Positions 40,235-50,044 of a stretch of DNA of 64,000 nucleotides are shown here, in pieces. The stretch covers positions 776,194-840,193 of the forward strand of contig CBDFLL010000004.1 of NCBI GenBank assembly GCA_965249205.1. Direction: 5' to 3'. This stretch comes from Vicinamibacterales bacterium (GTDB lineage: Bacteria > Acidobacteriota > Vicinamibacteria > Vicinamibacterales > UBA2999). Position 1 is the stretch's first letter; every line of letters begins with the position of its first letter. The notes beneath the pieces were generated by a model, which had not been told where the DNA came from, did not search any database, and saw nothing but the letters and a program-made list of their open reading frames with translations. The translations under genes were made by a program, and so were the position numbers.

Positions 40235-41164
40235 TCATTCGAACGCTTCCGGGTGCAGCGCGCGCGCCAGCGCTTGGGCGGCCAAACCCATGCGCGGGCC
40301 GGGAACCACGAGATAGGAGCCCTCCAGAAAGTGTACGCGGCCGCCCCTGACGGCCGGGATCGACGCCAGCGTCGACCAGAGGGTCCGCTCGCGATCCAGA
40401 TCCGTCGACGCCATCATGCCCGCCGCGTGCAGCTCAACGATCGCCTCTGGCGCGCGCGCGAGCAGCGTCTCGTGCGAGGGCTGCACCGACTCCAGCCTCA
40501 CGTCGGCGAATACGTTGGCGCCGCCAGCGATCTGCAGGATGTCGTCCAGGAAGCCGACGCCTCCGCTGACATACATCTGTTGCAGCAACTGTGGCTGCCG
40601 TGTGAGTACGAGGAGGGTGCGCGGTCGTGCGTAGCCGTGGACCCTGGCCTGCACCGCGTCGAGCTGCGCCTGAATTTCGCGTGCCTTGCGCTCGCCGTCC
40701 GCCGCATGACCGGTCGCGGCACCCAGGTCGCGGAGGGCTTGAAGAACCCCTGCCACGCCGCCGTGCCGGTAGGCGAACGTGCGTATCCCGGCCCGGGCCA
40801 GTTGTACCTCCAGTTCGTTCTGCGACCCGTAGGTGAGCACGAGATCTGGCTGAAGCGAGAGGATACGTTCGACGTCAGGATCGAGCAGGGCGCCGACGCG
40901 CGGCAGCGCGTCAACTGCCGGTGGGAACTCGTCGTAGCTGCTCACGGCAATGACTTGGGAGCCCGCGCCAATCGCAAACAGCATTTCGGTCAGCGCCGGA
41001 ACGAGCGAAATGATGCGCGTGACGGGCGCAGTGCTGTTGTCGGTGACTTGACGGGCAGCCACCGGTATGTCGCCGCCCGCAGGGAGCCCGGAGGCTCTCG
41101 GGCCTGGCACAGTCACCGCGACGAGCGCCCCGAGGAGAATCAGCCTTTTCGGATAAGTAGCCAT
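40235..41164 (-). CDS. btuF: Periplasmic cobalamin-binding protein
   Basis: RIISLVPALTEMLFAIG, PDVERIL, PGPR; signal peptide; in riboswitch-led operon. Confidence 0.82.
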   Translation of the reverse strand: MATYPKRLILLGALVAVTVPGPRASGLPAGGDIPVAARQVTDNSTAPVTRIISLVPALTEMLFAIGAGSQVIAVSSYDEFPPAVDALPRVGALLDPDVERILSLQPDLVLTYGSQNELEVQLARAGIRTFAYRHGGVAGVLQALRDLGAATGHAADGERKAREIQAQLDAVQARVHGYARPRTLLVLTRQPQLLQQMYVSGGVGFLDDILQIAGGANVFADVRLESVQPSHETLLARAPEAIVELHAAGMMASTDLDRERTLWSTLASIPAVRGGRVHFLEGSYLVVPGPRMGLAAQALARALHPEAFE

Positions 41165-42195
41165 AGAAAAAACGGTCCTCCGAGCATGGCGGTTACGATG
41201 CCGACAGGCACTTCCACGGGCGCGAGCATCGTTCGCGCCACCAGGTCGCACGCCACCAGAAAAGCCGCACCAAAGAGCGCCGCCGCGGGCAGCACGATCC
41301 GGTGGTCCACACCTGCCATCAATCTCACGAGGTGGGGGACGACGATACCGACAAAACCAATCGGTCCGGCGAGTGACACGGCGGCACTCGTCGCGAGTGC
41401 TGCGCTGATGAATGCGAGGCGCTGGGTCCTGGCGACGTCCACGCCACGCGTCGCGGCGGTCTCGGCACCGACACTCAGCACATTCAGCGACGACGACAGC
41501 CGCGCGAAGATCACAAACGCCACGACAACCAACGGCAGTGCGCCGAGAATCGGACCGAAACCGCCTACGTCAAGATCGCCCATCAACCACCGGACAGCGC
41601 GGTAGGTCTCGGCGAAGTCCCCCATGTACTGGACAAACAGAATCAGCGCGGAGAAAAACGAGTTCAACGTGACGCCGGCCAGCAGCAGCACCGACGTCGA
41701 GATGGGCCGGCCCGGCCGAGTAGCCATGGCATAGACGATGGCTGCGGAGAGAAACGCGCCGGCCAGGCTGGCGAGCGGCAACGGTGACAGAGGTCCGAGT
41801 GTGATGGCGGCGCCGAAGGAAATCGCCAGCATCGCGCCGAGCGCGGCGCCAGCGGAGACGCCTAGGGTGAACGGTGTCGCCAGGGGATTGCGCAGCAGCG
41901 CCTGCAGGACGACACCCGCCGAAGCGAGCGCGGCGCCGACCATCGCACCTGCCAGCACCCGCGGCAACCGGGCGATGAAGAAGATCTGGGCGTCCACGTT
42001 GTCGGTGAAAGGAATCGACTGGTCGAATACACGAGCCAGGCTGATCGATGTACTGCCCATCAACGGCGCCAGTAGACATGTGCCCAGCGCAAACGCACCG
42101 TAGGCCAGCAACGTCATGCCCAGTCGCGCTCGGATCGGTCGCGGCTGTGCGCGTGCGACAAAGCTGGCTGACTGAACAGATGTCATCGCACGCAT
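41140..42195 (-). CDS. btuC: Cobalamin ABC permease (FecCD family)
   Basis: RLPR, RNPLA-P, G-IGFVG-VVPH, PVGIVTA-LGGPFF. Confidence 0.88.
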   Translation of the reverse strand: MRAMTSVQSASFVARAQPRPIRARLGMTLLAYGAFALGTCLLAPLMGSTSISLARVFDQSIPFTDNVDAQIFFIARLPRVLAGAMVGAALASAGVVLQALLRNPLATPFTLGVSAGAALGAMLAISFGAAITLGPLSPLPLASLAGAFLSAAIVYAMATRPGRPISTSVLLLAGVTLNSFFSALILFVQYMGDFAETYRAVRWLMGDLDVGGFGPILGALPLVVVAFVIFARLSSSLNVLSVGAETAATRGVDVARTQRLAFISAALATSAAVSLAGPIGFVGIVVPHLVRLMAGVDHRIVLPAAALFGAAFLVACDLVARTMLAPVEVPVGIVTAMLGGPFFLWLLIRKG

Positions 42196-42196
42196 A

Positions 42197-42400
42197 GCGC
42201 GTTTTCGAGTTCTTCATGGCAACGAATAGCCGCTGCCGCAGCGTCACATTCGGGAGGCGAGTAGACCGGGGCAATCCATCGAGTACGCTCGCATGTGGCA
42301 CTTGGCGCGTTTTCGACTCGAAAACGCGCTGGTCGCCCGAAGAAGTGCCACATCCGAGTACTACGTACAAGCCGAAAACGCGCCAGCGCGGATTTCATGA
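42197..42400. repeat. Nested palindromic intergenic element
   Basis: GCGCGTTTTCG arms at 42197 and 42305, inverted arms at 42318 and 42373; outer stem ATGTGGCACTT (42293) / AAGTGCCACAT (42343). Confidence 0.7.
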
Positions 42401-42510
42401 GCGTGTAGCCCCCGAGGGACCGCAGGCAGTTCCCTCCCGTCGGGGGGAGCACCACGACCGCCTGCGAGGCAGAAGTGAAATCCGCGCCCGGGCGCCGTCA
42501 TACCAGCGAG

Positions 42511-43335
42511 TCACATCACGGGCCCAGGGGCGTGCCGGATGGGCACCACGGTCAGGTGGCCAGACGCCTCATGGAAGTGGACGTCAGCGTCGACATCGTA
42601 GAGCTGCTGAATCATGCTGGCTGTGAGCACCTCGCGGGTCGGGCCCTGGGCGAGGACCCGCCCAGACCGAACAAGGACCAGCGAATCGCAGAGCGAGGCT
42701 GCGAGATTGAGATCGTGGGTGGCCAGCACCATCGAGACGCCACGGTCGTGATTGAGGCGATGGAGCAGCGACGCAACCTCCATCTGATACGCAAGATCAA
42801 GGGAGGCTGTGGGTTCGTCGAGCAGTAGGACGTCGGGTGACTGTGCCAGCGCGCTCGCGATCACGACGCGCTGTTTCTCCCCGCCGCTCAAAGTCATGTA
42901 CGCGCGCTCCGCCAGATGAGCAGTGCCGGTGGCGGCGAGCGCGTCGCGCGCGATGGCAATGTCCTGGGGGCCCTCGAGCTGAAAGGCACCGAGGTGAGGG
43001 TGTCGGCCCATCAGCACCATCTCAAGGACGCTGTAGTCGAAGGCAGGGTGCGTTTCCTGAGGGACGACCGCGATCTGCCTGGCCAGTTCACGTCGTGGAA
43101 TGCTGTGCACGGCGCGGTCGCTAAGCGTGACCACACCCTTGCGCGGACGCAGCACACCCGCCATCAGTTTGAGCAGCGTCGTCTTGCCGCAGCCATTCGG
43201 GCCGAGCAGGCCTGTCAGCGACCCGTGCTGGATGGTGACGGACACGTCGACCAACGAGAACGATCGCGTCGCCTCGCCGGGCGGGTGGTGTGTGGGGCCG
43301 TATCCGAACGAAACGCGTTCGACCTGTAGGGTCAT
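42511..43335 (-). CDS. btuD: Cobalamin ABC ATP-binding subunit
   Basis: GPNGCGKT, LSGGEKQR, LLLDEPT, HDLN. Confidence 0.88.
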   Translation of the reverse strand: MTLQVERVSFGYGPTHHPPGEATRSFSLVDVSVTIQHGSLTGLLGPNGCGKTTLLKLMAGVLRPRKGVVTLSDRAVHSIPRRELARQIAVVPQETHPAFDYSVLEMVLMGRHPHLGAFQLEGPQDIAIARDALAATGTAHLAERAYMTLSGGEKQRVVIASALAQSPDVLLLDEPTASLDLAYQMEVASLLHRLNHDRGVSMVLATHDLNLAASLCDSLVLVRSGRVLAQGPTREVLTASMIQQLYDVDADVHFHEASGHLTVVPIRHAPGPVM

Positions 43336-43420
43336 CGTCTCCTGTCGGCGTCCTTCGCGCCGAACTCGCTCTTGGTGGTGTGCCTGGTCATACGACCTGG
43401 CGAGCGAGCAACGGGAACAA

Positions 43421-43535
43421 GCGCCGGGGCAGGTTTCCTGACTTGCGGATTCGCGCGCGCTCGAATCCGCTTACAGTGGCGGGACCGTGTGGGTTTTTCA
43501 CCCACTTCCCCTGCATCACCCGGGCGGTGTCGGTT
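43421..43535 (-). ncRNA. Cobalamin riboswitch
   Basis: Minus strand GGGGAAGTGGGTGAAAAACCCACACGGTCCCGCCACTGTAA...AAGTCAGGAAACCTGCC (B12 box) directly upstream of btuD. Confidence 0.92.
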
Positions 43536-43578
43536 GTGAGGCGAAGTATAGCACGCTAGAATTCGTTGGGGTTATGTC

Positions 43579-44682
43579 GTGAAATCACGGATTCAGTCTG
43601 CGGGGTTGGCCGACATCGACGACCGGCTTCGTGCCGGTGAGCGTCTGGCCGCGGCCGATGGTCTCCGGCTGTTCGAGTGTCCTGATCTCCTGGCCGTGGG
43701 CTCGTTGGCCAACCGCGAGCGGGAGAAGCGCCACGGGGCCCGGACGTACTTCAACTACAACCTGCGTCTCGAGCCGACCAATGTCTGCGTGGCCAACTGC
43801 CTGTTCTGTTCGTTCGCGCGCCTGAAACCATCCGACGACGCGGCGTACACGATGTCGCTCGAGCAGGCGTGGGACAAACTGCGACGGCGCGCGGATCAGC
43901 CTCTCACCGAACTCCACATCGTCAACGGGCTGAATCCCGACCTACCCTTCAGCTACTACACAGAACTCCTCCAGGGTTTCAAGCGCATCCGACCTGGAAT
44001 TCACCTGAAATGTTTCACAGCCGTGGAGGTCGCGTTCTTTGCTGATCTCTATGGCATGAGCGATGCGCAGGTGTTGCGCGAGTTGATGGACGCCGGGCTG
44101 GACTCGCTTCCCGGGGGGGGCGCCGAGATATTCGCGGAACGCGTGCGCCGTAAAATCTGCAACGACAAGTGTGGGACGGAGCGGTACCTCGACATCCACC
44201 GGACGGCGCACCGTCTCGGCATGCGCACGAACGTGACAATGTTGTACGGGCACATCGAGACGCTTGAGGAGCGGGTGGATCACATGCTGCGCGCGCGCTC
44301 GCTCCAGGATGAGACCGGGGGATTCCAGGCGTTTATTCCGCTGGCGTTCCACCCCGACAACAACCAGATGCGTAAGCTGCCCGCACCGAGCGCCACCGAC
44401 ACCTTGCGGGTGCATGCGGTGGCGAGGTTGATGCTCGACAACATCCCGCACATCAAGGCGTTCTGGATCGCGACGGGGGTCGACGTGGCGCAGGCAGCGC
44501 TCTGGTTTGGCGTGGATGACCTGGACGGCACGGTCCAGGAGGAGAAGATTTATCATATGGCCGGCTCCCCGACCCCTGAAGGTCTGACGATGACCCACCT
44601 GACCGATCTCGTGCGTTCGGCTGGTCGGGAGCCACTTGAGCGTGACACCTTCTACAACGTCAAAGACACGATTTCCTGCTGA
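43579..44682 (+). CDS. mqnE: Aminofutalosine synthase (radical SAM)
   Basis: TNVCVANCLFC, PGGGAE, TMLYGHIE, FIPLAF, DGTV-EEKIYHMAG. Confidence 0.88.
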   Translation: MKSRIQSAGLADIDDRLRAGERLAAADGLRLFECPDLLAVGSLANREREKRHGARTYFNYNLRLEPTNVCVANCLFCSFARLKPSDDAAYTMSLEQAWDKLRRRADQPLTELHIVNGLNPDLPFSYYTELLQGFKRIRPGIHLKCFTAVEVAFFADLYGMSDAQVLRELMDAGLDSLPGGGAEIFAERVRRKICNDKCGTERYLDIHRTAHRLGMRTNVTMLYGHIETLEERVDHMLRARSLQDETGGFQAFIPLAFHPDNNQMRKLPAPSATDTLRVHAVARLMLDNIPHIKAFWIATGVDVAQAALWFGVDDLDGTVQEEKIYHMAGSPTPEGLTMTHLTDLVRSAGREPLERDTFYNVKDTISC

Positions 44683-44778
44683 CCCGGGTCGCTGTCGCGC
44701 GCTATAATCTCTGCAGGTCCAAGCGTCTCCGGGCAGGAGTAGTCCGGGTGGGGTTTCGGCCTTTTTAATGTGCTGACT

Positions 44779-44796
44779 TTGCGAAAAATTTCACAA
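44779..44796. promoter_or_regulatory. Rex-like operator upstream of nadA
   Basis: TTGCGAA-AAAT-TTCACAA, one mismatch to the Rex consensus TTGTGAA-N4-TTCACAA. Confidence 0.68.
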
Positions 44797-44810
44797 GCTT
44801 GACTAAGACC

Positions 44811-45947
44811 ATGTCGTCCACTATTTCGTTGCTGACCGAATTCGAGGCGGCGCACATCTCGGAGCGCCAGGTGCTTCCCGAGCGGTATCTGGGTCTGTCG
44901 GATGCCGAGATGGACTCGCGGATAGCCGCGGCGCGTGAGACGCTCGGCCGGCGCCTCTTGATCCTCGGCCATCACTACCAGCGTGACGAGGTGATCAAGT
45001 TTGCCGACCACACCGGCGATTCATTCCGGCTGGCACGCAGCGTCGCGTCTAGCCCAAACGCGGAGTACATCGTCTTCTGCGGCGTGCATTTCATGGCCGA
45101 GAGCGCCGACGTACTCGGTGCCCCGCACCAGCATGTCATCCTGCCGGATCTGGCCGCCGGATGCTCGATGGCCGACATGGCGGAGCCTGATCAGCTCGAA
45201 AACTGCTGGGAAGAGCTGACGCAGATGGGCATTCCCGGCGTCGTGCCGGTCACGTATATCAATTCGGCAGCCGCGATTAAGGCCTTTGTCGGAGAACGCG
45301 GCGGCACCGTCTGCACGTCATCCAACGCCACCGCGACGTTGCGGTGGGCCTTCGCGCGCGGCGAGAAGGTGCTGTTTCTGCCGGATCAGCACCTCGGACG
45401 CAACACCGCATACAGGATGGGCATCGCGCTCAACGAGATGGTGGTGTGGGATCCGTATGAAATGTTCGGTGGGCTCGATCCGGACCAGGTGGCGCGCGCG
45501 AAGATGATCCTCTGGAAGGGGCACTGCTCGGTCCACGAACGTTTCTCCGTGCAGCAGATCGCCGCCATCAGGACGCAGCACCCGGGTGTGCGCGTCATCG
45601 TGCACCCCGAGGTGCCATGGGAGGTCGCCGAGGCCGCCGACGACTGCGGCAGCACGGAGTACATCATCAAGACGATTACCAGTAGTCCAATCGGTTCCAT
45701 CTGGGCCGTCGGTACCGAGGTTCACCTCGTGAATCGCCTCGCTGACGATCTCGCGCCGGACCGCACCGTCCTGTCGCTCGATCGCTTCGGTTGCCTGTGC
45801 TCAACGATGTTCCGCGTGTCGCCGAACCACCTGCTGTGGATCCTGGAGGCGCTCGTGGAGGGGCAGGTCCACAACCAGATCGTCGTGCCGGACGACCAGA
45901 AGCACTGGACGCGGGTCGCGCTTGATCGGATGTTGTCTATCCGATAG
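44811..45947 (+). CDS. nadA: Quinolinate synthase
   Basis: [30 protein letters not shown]. Confidence 0.95.
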   Translation: MSSTISLLTEFEAAHISERQVLPERYLGLSDAEMDSRIAAARETLGRRLLILGHHYQRDEVIKFADHTGDSFRLARSVASSPNAEYIVFCGVHFMAESADVLGAPHQHVILPDLAAGCSMADMAEPDQLENCWEELTQMGIPGVVPVTYINSAAAIKAFVGERGGTVCTSSNATATLRWAFARGEKVLFLPDQHLGRNTAYRMGIALNEMVVWDPYEMFGGLDPDQVARAKMILWKGHCSVHERFSVQQIAAIRTQHPGVRVIVHPEVPWEVAEAADDCGSTEYIIKTITSSPIGSIWAVGTEVHLVNRLADDLAPDRTVLSLDRFGCLCSTMFRVSPNHLLWILEALVEGQVHNQIVVPDDQKHWTRVALDRMLSIR

Positions 45948-46011
45948 CCTCGGAGTACCATCGTTGGTTCAGGCGTCTCGCAACGGGGCGCGCTGCGTAC
46001 GAGGAGAACTC

Positions 46012-46608
46012 ATGGCGCACGAACTTCCAACGCTCCCCTATGACCTCGCTGCCCTCGAACCTCACGTCGATGCGCAGACGATGCAGATCCATCACGGGAA
46101 GCATCATCAGGCCTACGTCACCAACTTGAACGCCGCGTTAGACAAGCATCCCGAATTGCACTCGAAGAGTCTCGACGATCTCTGCAGCGGGATAAGCGGT
46201 ATCCCGGAGGATGTGCGGACCGCCGTTCGCAACAATGGCGGTGGTCACTGGAACCATTCGCGATTCTGGACGTGCATGGCGCCCAATGCCGGTGGCACGC
46301 CGACCGGCAAGATCGCTGATGCGATCAACGCCGCGTTCGGGAGCTTCGACGCCTTCAAGGAGCAGTGGGGCAAGGCGGGCGTCGGCCGATTCGGTAGCGG
46401 GTGGGTCTGGCTGGTGAACGACGGTGGCAAGGTCTCGATCACGAGCACGCCCAACCAGGACAATCCGCTCATGGACGGCAAGACGGCGATTCTTGGGCTC
46501 GATGTCTGGGAGCACGCCTACTATCTGAAGTACCAGAATCGACGGCCCGACTACATCAAGGCATGGTGGAACGTTGTGAACTGGTCCGAGGTGAACAAGG
46601 CGCTCTGA
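46012..46608 (+). CDS. sodA: Mn/Fe superoxide dismutase
   Basis: [28 protein letters not shown]; GAGGAG RBS. Confidence 0.93.
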   Translation: MAHELPTLPYDLAALEPHVDAQTMQIHHGKHHQAYVTNLNAALDKHPELHSKSLDDLCSGISGIPEDVRTAVRNNGGGHWNHSRFWTCMAPNAGGTPTGKIADAINAAFGSFDAFKEQWGKAGVGRFGSGWVWLVNDGGKVSITSTPNQDNPLMDGKTAILGLDVWEHAYYLKYQNRRPDYIKAWWNVVNWSEVNKAL

Positions 46609-46639
46609 GTCCTCTTCGACGACCTTCTGGAAGGTGAGA

Positions 46640-46670
46640 AACGGACGGGCCTCAACGACGCCCGTCCGTT
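46640..46670. terminator. Hairpin between convergent sod and ferredoxin genes
   Basis: 11-bp stem AACGGACGGGC / GCCCGTCCGTT. Confidence 0.6.
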
Positions 46671-46880
46671 GATGAAGCGCACGGACGTGCTGTAAACTCG
46701 ATCCTCTACTCTCTGCCGCCGCGATCTGGCTAAATTAGAGCGCTTTTCAGATAGCCCCAGTAGTGACTGAGCGAGCATGATACTTCTGCGCACACCACCG
46801 CAACGCTTCGGTCCCGCCGAATGCCGGAACCATTTTCGGCATTGCGGCTGCTCGAATGCCACACGGTCATGAAAAGCGCT

Positions 46881-47252
46881 TTAGACGCCGTGGGCCGCCT
46901 GTCGTTCCGCGGGCGGGATGGCCATCAGCGTTGGCTGCGCGGCGATGTGGGCCTGAACGATGGCTTCTGCTTTCGCCATCGCGTCGGGATCGCCACTGCG
47001 GTAGATACTGTTGGCTTCAATCAGATCCGTCTGGTGTGACGGAGTCGCCTCGACGCTGTCATAAATCGCGGCCACTGGACACGCCGGGACGCACGCACCG
47101 CAGTCGATGCACTCCTCCGGATGGATGTAGAGAATCGTCGCCTGCTCGAACTCCGGCTCGTCCTTGAGCGGGTGGATGCAGTCGACGGGACAGACGTCGA
47201 TGCAGGCGGCGTCCTTCGTGCCGATGCAGGGATCGGTGATGACGAACGGCAC
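46881..47252 (-). CDS. Dicluster (7Fe-type) ferredoxin with C-terminal extension
   Basis: CIGTKDAACIDVCPVDC, CIDCGACVPACP. Confidence 0.92.
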   Translation of the reverse strand: MPFVITDPCIGTKDAACIDVCPVDCIHPLKDEPEFEQATILYIHPEECIDCGACVPACPVAAIYDSVEATPSHQTDLIEANSIYRSGDPDAMAKAEAIVQAHIAAQPTLMAIPPAERQAAHGV

Positions 47253-48140
47253 CTACATGAACTCCTCGACCAGTTTCCGACGCTGCTCCCCGCTCACCGC
47301 TATCGGCTGCTTGACCAACGGGCCGGCCTGAAGTCCCGGATCCTGAAGGTGAAGGCTCGGCCGCGGGATCCCATCCTGGTAAATGAGCCCTATCGGAATC
47401 TTGTCGCCCCATGTCAGTGCGGTATCCATCGCGGCATGGAAGTCGTGTGGGTCGTGGGCAGTGTCTTCCAATCTGTACACCCGCTCGCGAAACCACTCAT
47501 AGGTGTTGTGCTTGTTGAACGTCACGCACGGGCTAAAGACATCAATGAGCGAAAAGCCCGGGTGCCGAATGGCCTCGGTGTACAGCTTCAGCAGGTGCTT
47601 CGGCTGGCCGCTGAATCCGCGCGCGATGTAACCGCAGCCGCTGGCCAGTGCCAGCGCCATCGGGTTGAGCATGCCCTCCAAATTGCCGTGCGGGGTGGTT
47701 TTCGTGACCATCCCCGTTTCGCTGGTGGGCGAGACCTGGCCGGTGGTCAGGCCGTACGTCTCGTTGTCCATGACGATGTAGGTGATGTCGATGTTGCGCC
47801 GCATCGCCTGGATGAAGTGGTTCAAGCCGATACCGTAGCCGTCCCCGTCGCCACCGGTGACGACCACGGTCATATCATGATTGGCGAGCTTGGCTCCGGT
47901 GGCAAACGGTAGTGCCCGGCCGTGCAGGCTGTGCACGCCGTACGAGCGGAAGAACCCGGGCAGGTTTGACGAGCACCCGATGCCCGAAACGACCAGGACC
48001 TCGTGCGGTCGACGCCCCAGTTCGGCACACGCACGGAACAACGTGTTCAAGACGCCGAAGTCGCCGCACCCAGGGCACCAATCCGGTGAAACGTCCGCTT
48101 TAAAGTCTTTTATTTCAAGTAGCGCGGTTGCAGTGGCCAT
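47253..48140 (-). CDS. korB: 2-oxoacid:ferredoxin oxidoreductase beta subunit
   Basis: WCPGCG, SGIGC, GGDGD, YGLT-GQ-SPT, SPCVTFN. Confidence 0.92.
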   Translation of the reverse strand: MATATALLEIKDFKADVSPDWCPGCGDFGVLNTLFRACAELGRRPHEVLVVSGIGCSSNLPGFFRSYGVHSLHGRALPFATGAKLANHDMTVVVTGGDGDGYGIGLNHFIQAMRRNIDITYIVMDNETYGLTTGQVSPTSETGMVTKTTPHGNLEGMLNPMALALASGCGYIARGFSGQPKHLLKLYTEAIRHPGFSLIDVFSPCVTFNKHNTYEWFRERVYRLEDTAHDPHDFHAAMDTALTWGDKIPIGLIYQDGIPRPSLHLQDPGLQAGPLVKQPIAVSGEQRRKLVEEFM

Positions 48141-48148
48141 GTCTCTCC

Positions 48149-50044
48149 TTAGGTTGTCAGTGGCGAGGCATCTGCCGCCGTAGCCGCAACGCGTCGTCCC
48201 GCCCAGTCACCCGACGTGCCTGTCGGATGCTCCGTCCGCCATCCTGCCTCTGTCGACAGTACTTCGATGAGTTTCGTGCCGTTTGCCCGCACTTCCTTGA
48301 CGGCCGCCACGATGTGCTTGGGCTCGAAAGGCTCACCATCGTACTTGCGGACCTGAGCCTGAGCGACGATGCCCGTCTCAGCCCGCAAGTGACGTGCGAA
48401 CTGGCCGCTCTGGTTGTTCTCGACGATGATCACCCGCCGGCTCTGGCCGAGGATGGCAGAGACCTCGGCGATGTGGAAGGGCACCAGGAACTTGATCTGC
48501 AGATGGCTTGTCGAGATGCCCTCCCGATTCAACTGTGCGACCGCCTCGGTCAGTACGCCCCAGGTGGAACCCCAGCCCACGAGCGTCACCTCGGCGTCGG
48601 GTGAGCCCTCGAGCGTCGGAGCAGGCAGATGCTCGAGGACCGTGTTCATCTTGCGGACTCGCTTGTCTGCCATCTTCTTGCGCCGCACGGTGTCAGTAAA
48701 GACATCGCTGAGGAGCACACCGTCTTCGTCGTGCTCATCGCTCGCGGCCACGTGGATGTGACCGGGAAGTCCCGGGACCGCGCGAGGAGAAATGCCAGAC
48801 TCGGTGTTCTTGTAGCGGAGGTACGGCTCGCCGTCGGCGGTCTCGCCCTTGTTGTTGCCTCCAGATGCCGAGGTGATGAGTTCGCCTCGATCGATCTTGA
48901 AGTCGACGTCGAGCAGAGCCGGATCGACGGTCTCGCTCCCCTCGGCTATTAGCAGGTCCGTCAGGATGATCACCGGGCACTGATAGCGGTCGGCGACGTT
49001 GAAGGCCAAGCCCGGGGTGGTGAGGCTATCCGTCATGCTGATAGGGGCGATGATGATCCGCGGGAAGTCGCCCTGGCTGGCGCCAAGGGCCTGGTTCAAA
49101 TCCCCCTGCTCAGTCTTGGTTGGCACGCCCGTGGAAGGGCCGGCGCGCATCACGTTGACGACGACGACCGGAGTTTCGAGCATCCCCGAGAGGCCGATGG
49201 CCTCCGTCATCAGGGCGAGGCCGCCGCCAGAGGTGGCACACATGCTCCGCACGCCCATGTGGCCGGCCCCGATGGACATGTTGATCACCGAGATCTCGTC
49301 TTCAACCTGTCGGACACAGATATCCATCTCTTTCCCGTGGGCCGCGAACCATTCGAGGATGTGCGTCGCCGGGCTCATCGGGTAGGCGCAATAAAACTTG
49401 CAGCCGGCCAGTGCCGCCCCCATGGCCAGGAGATCGTTGCCCAGGACCATCGCCCATTTCTGGCTGTTCTTCTCGAGTCGCTTGGCCGGCGCCGTGAAAT
49501 TGGCGACTGCGTAGTCATAGCCGGCCTTTGCCGCCTCCATGTTGATTTTCACCACGTGCGGCTTCTTCGCGAACGTTGACTCGAGCACCGACTCCAGCTC
49601 TCTGAAGTCCAGACCCATCAGGCTAATCGCGGCTCCTACCGCCACCGTGTTCTGCATGACCGGCAACTTCTTGTATGCCGGGGCCAGGTCGGGGACGGGT
49701 AGGGGACAGAGCTGGACGCCCGCGGGCGGCTCGTAACTCGGTGTCAGCTTGGCGCCGTTGTACAGGGCCACGCCGCCGCCGACGAGTTCCTGCAGATGGC
49801 GGTCCAGCGTGTCTTGATTGAGGGCGATGAGCGCGTCGACTTGATCGCCGTGGTTGAGGGGCTTCTTGGCTGAGATGCGGAGGCGCAACCAGGAGTGCCC
49901 GCCGCGAATCACCGACTGGTAGGCGTTGTAGGCGTACACGGCCTGACCCTGCCGGGCCACAGACAGTGCCAAGGTATTGCCGGCTGAGGCGACTCCATCG
50001 CCCGCCGCGCCGCCAATCCCTACGATGACATCAGATTCGTTCAC
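48149..50044 (-). CDS. korA: 2-oxoacid:ferredoxin oxidoreductase alpha subunit (gamma-alpha fusion)
   Basis: GGAAGDG, IRGG, YPMSPAT, EDE, R-GPSTG-PT; GTG start after GGGGAGG. Confidence 0.92.
   Translation of the reverse strand: MNESDVIVGIGGAAGDGVASAGNTLALSVARQGQAVYAYNAYQSVIRGGHSWLRLRISAKKPLNHGDQVDALIALNQDTLDRHLQELVGGGVALYNGAKLTPSYEPPAGVQLCPLPVPDLAPAYKKLPVMQNTVAVGAAISLMGLDFRELESVLESTFAKKPHVVKINMEAAKAGYDYAVANFTAPAKRLEKNSQKWAMVLGNDLLAMGAALAGCKFYCAYPMSPATHILEWFAAHGKEMDICVRQVEDEISVINMSIGAGHMGVRSMCATSGGGLALMTEAIGLSGMLETPVVVVNVMRAGPSTGVPTKTEQGDLNQALGASQGDFPRIIIAPISMTDSLTTPGLAFNVADRYQCPVIILTDLLIAEGSETVDPALLDVDFKIDRGELITSASGGNNKGETADGEPYLRYKNTESGISPRAVPGLPGHIHVAASDEHDEDGVLLSDVFTDTVRRKKMADKRVRKMNTVLEHLPAPTLEGSPDAEVTLVGWGSTWGVLTEAVAQLNREGISTSHLQIKFLVPFHIAEVSAILGQSRRVIIVENNQSGQFARHLRAETGIVAQAQVRKYDGEPFEPKHIVAAVKEVRANGTKLIEVLSTEAGWRTEHPTGTSGDWAGRRVAATAADASPLTT

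Noticed and set aside
44700-44800. NAD+-I riboswitch upstream of nadA
   Set aside because: The characteristic conserved core and tandem aptamer layout are not visible; a covariance model search would be needed to exclude it fully.
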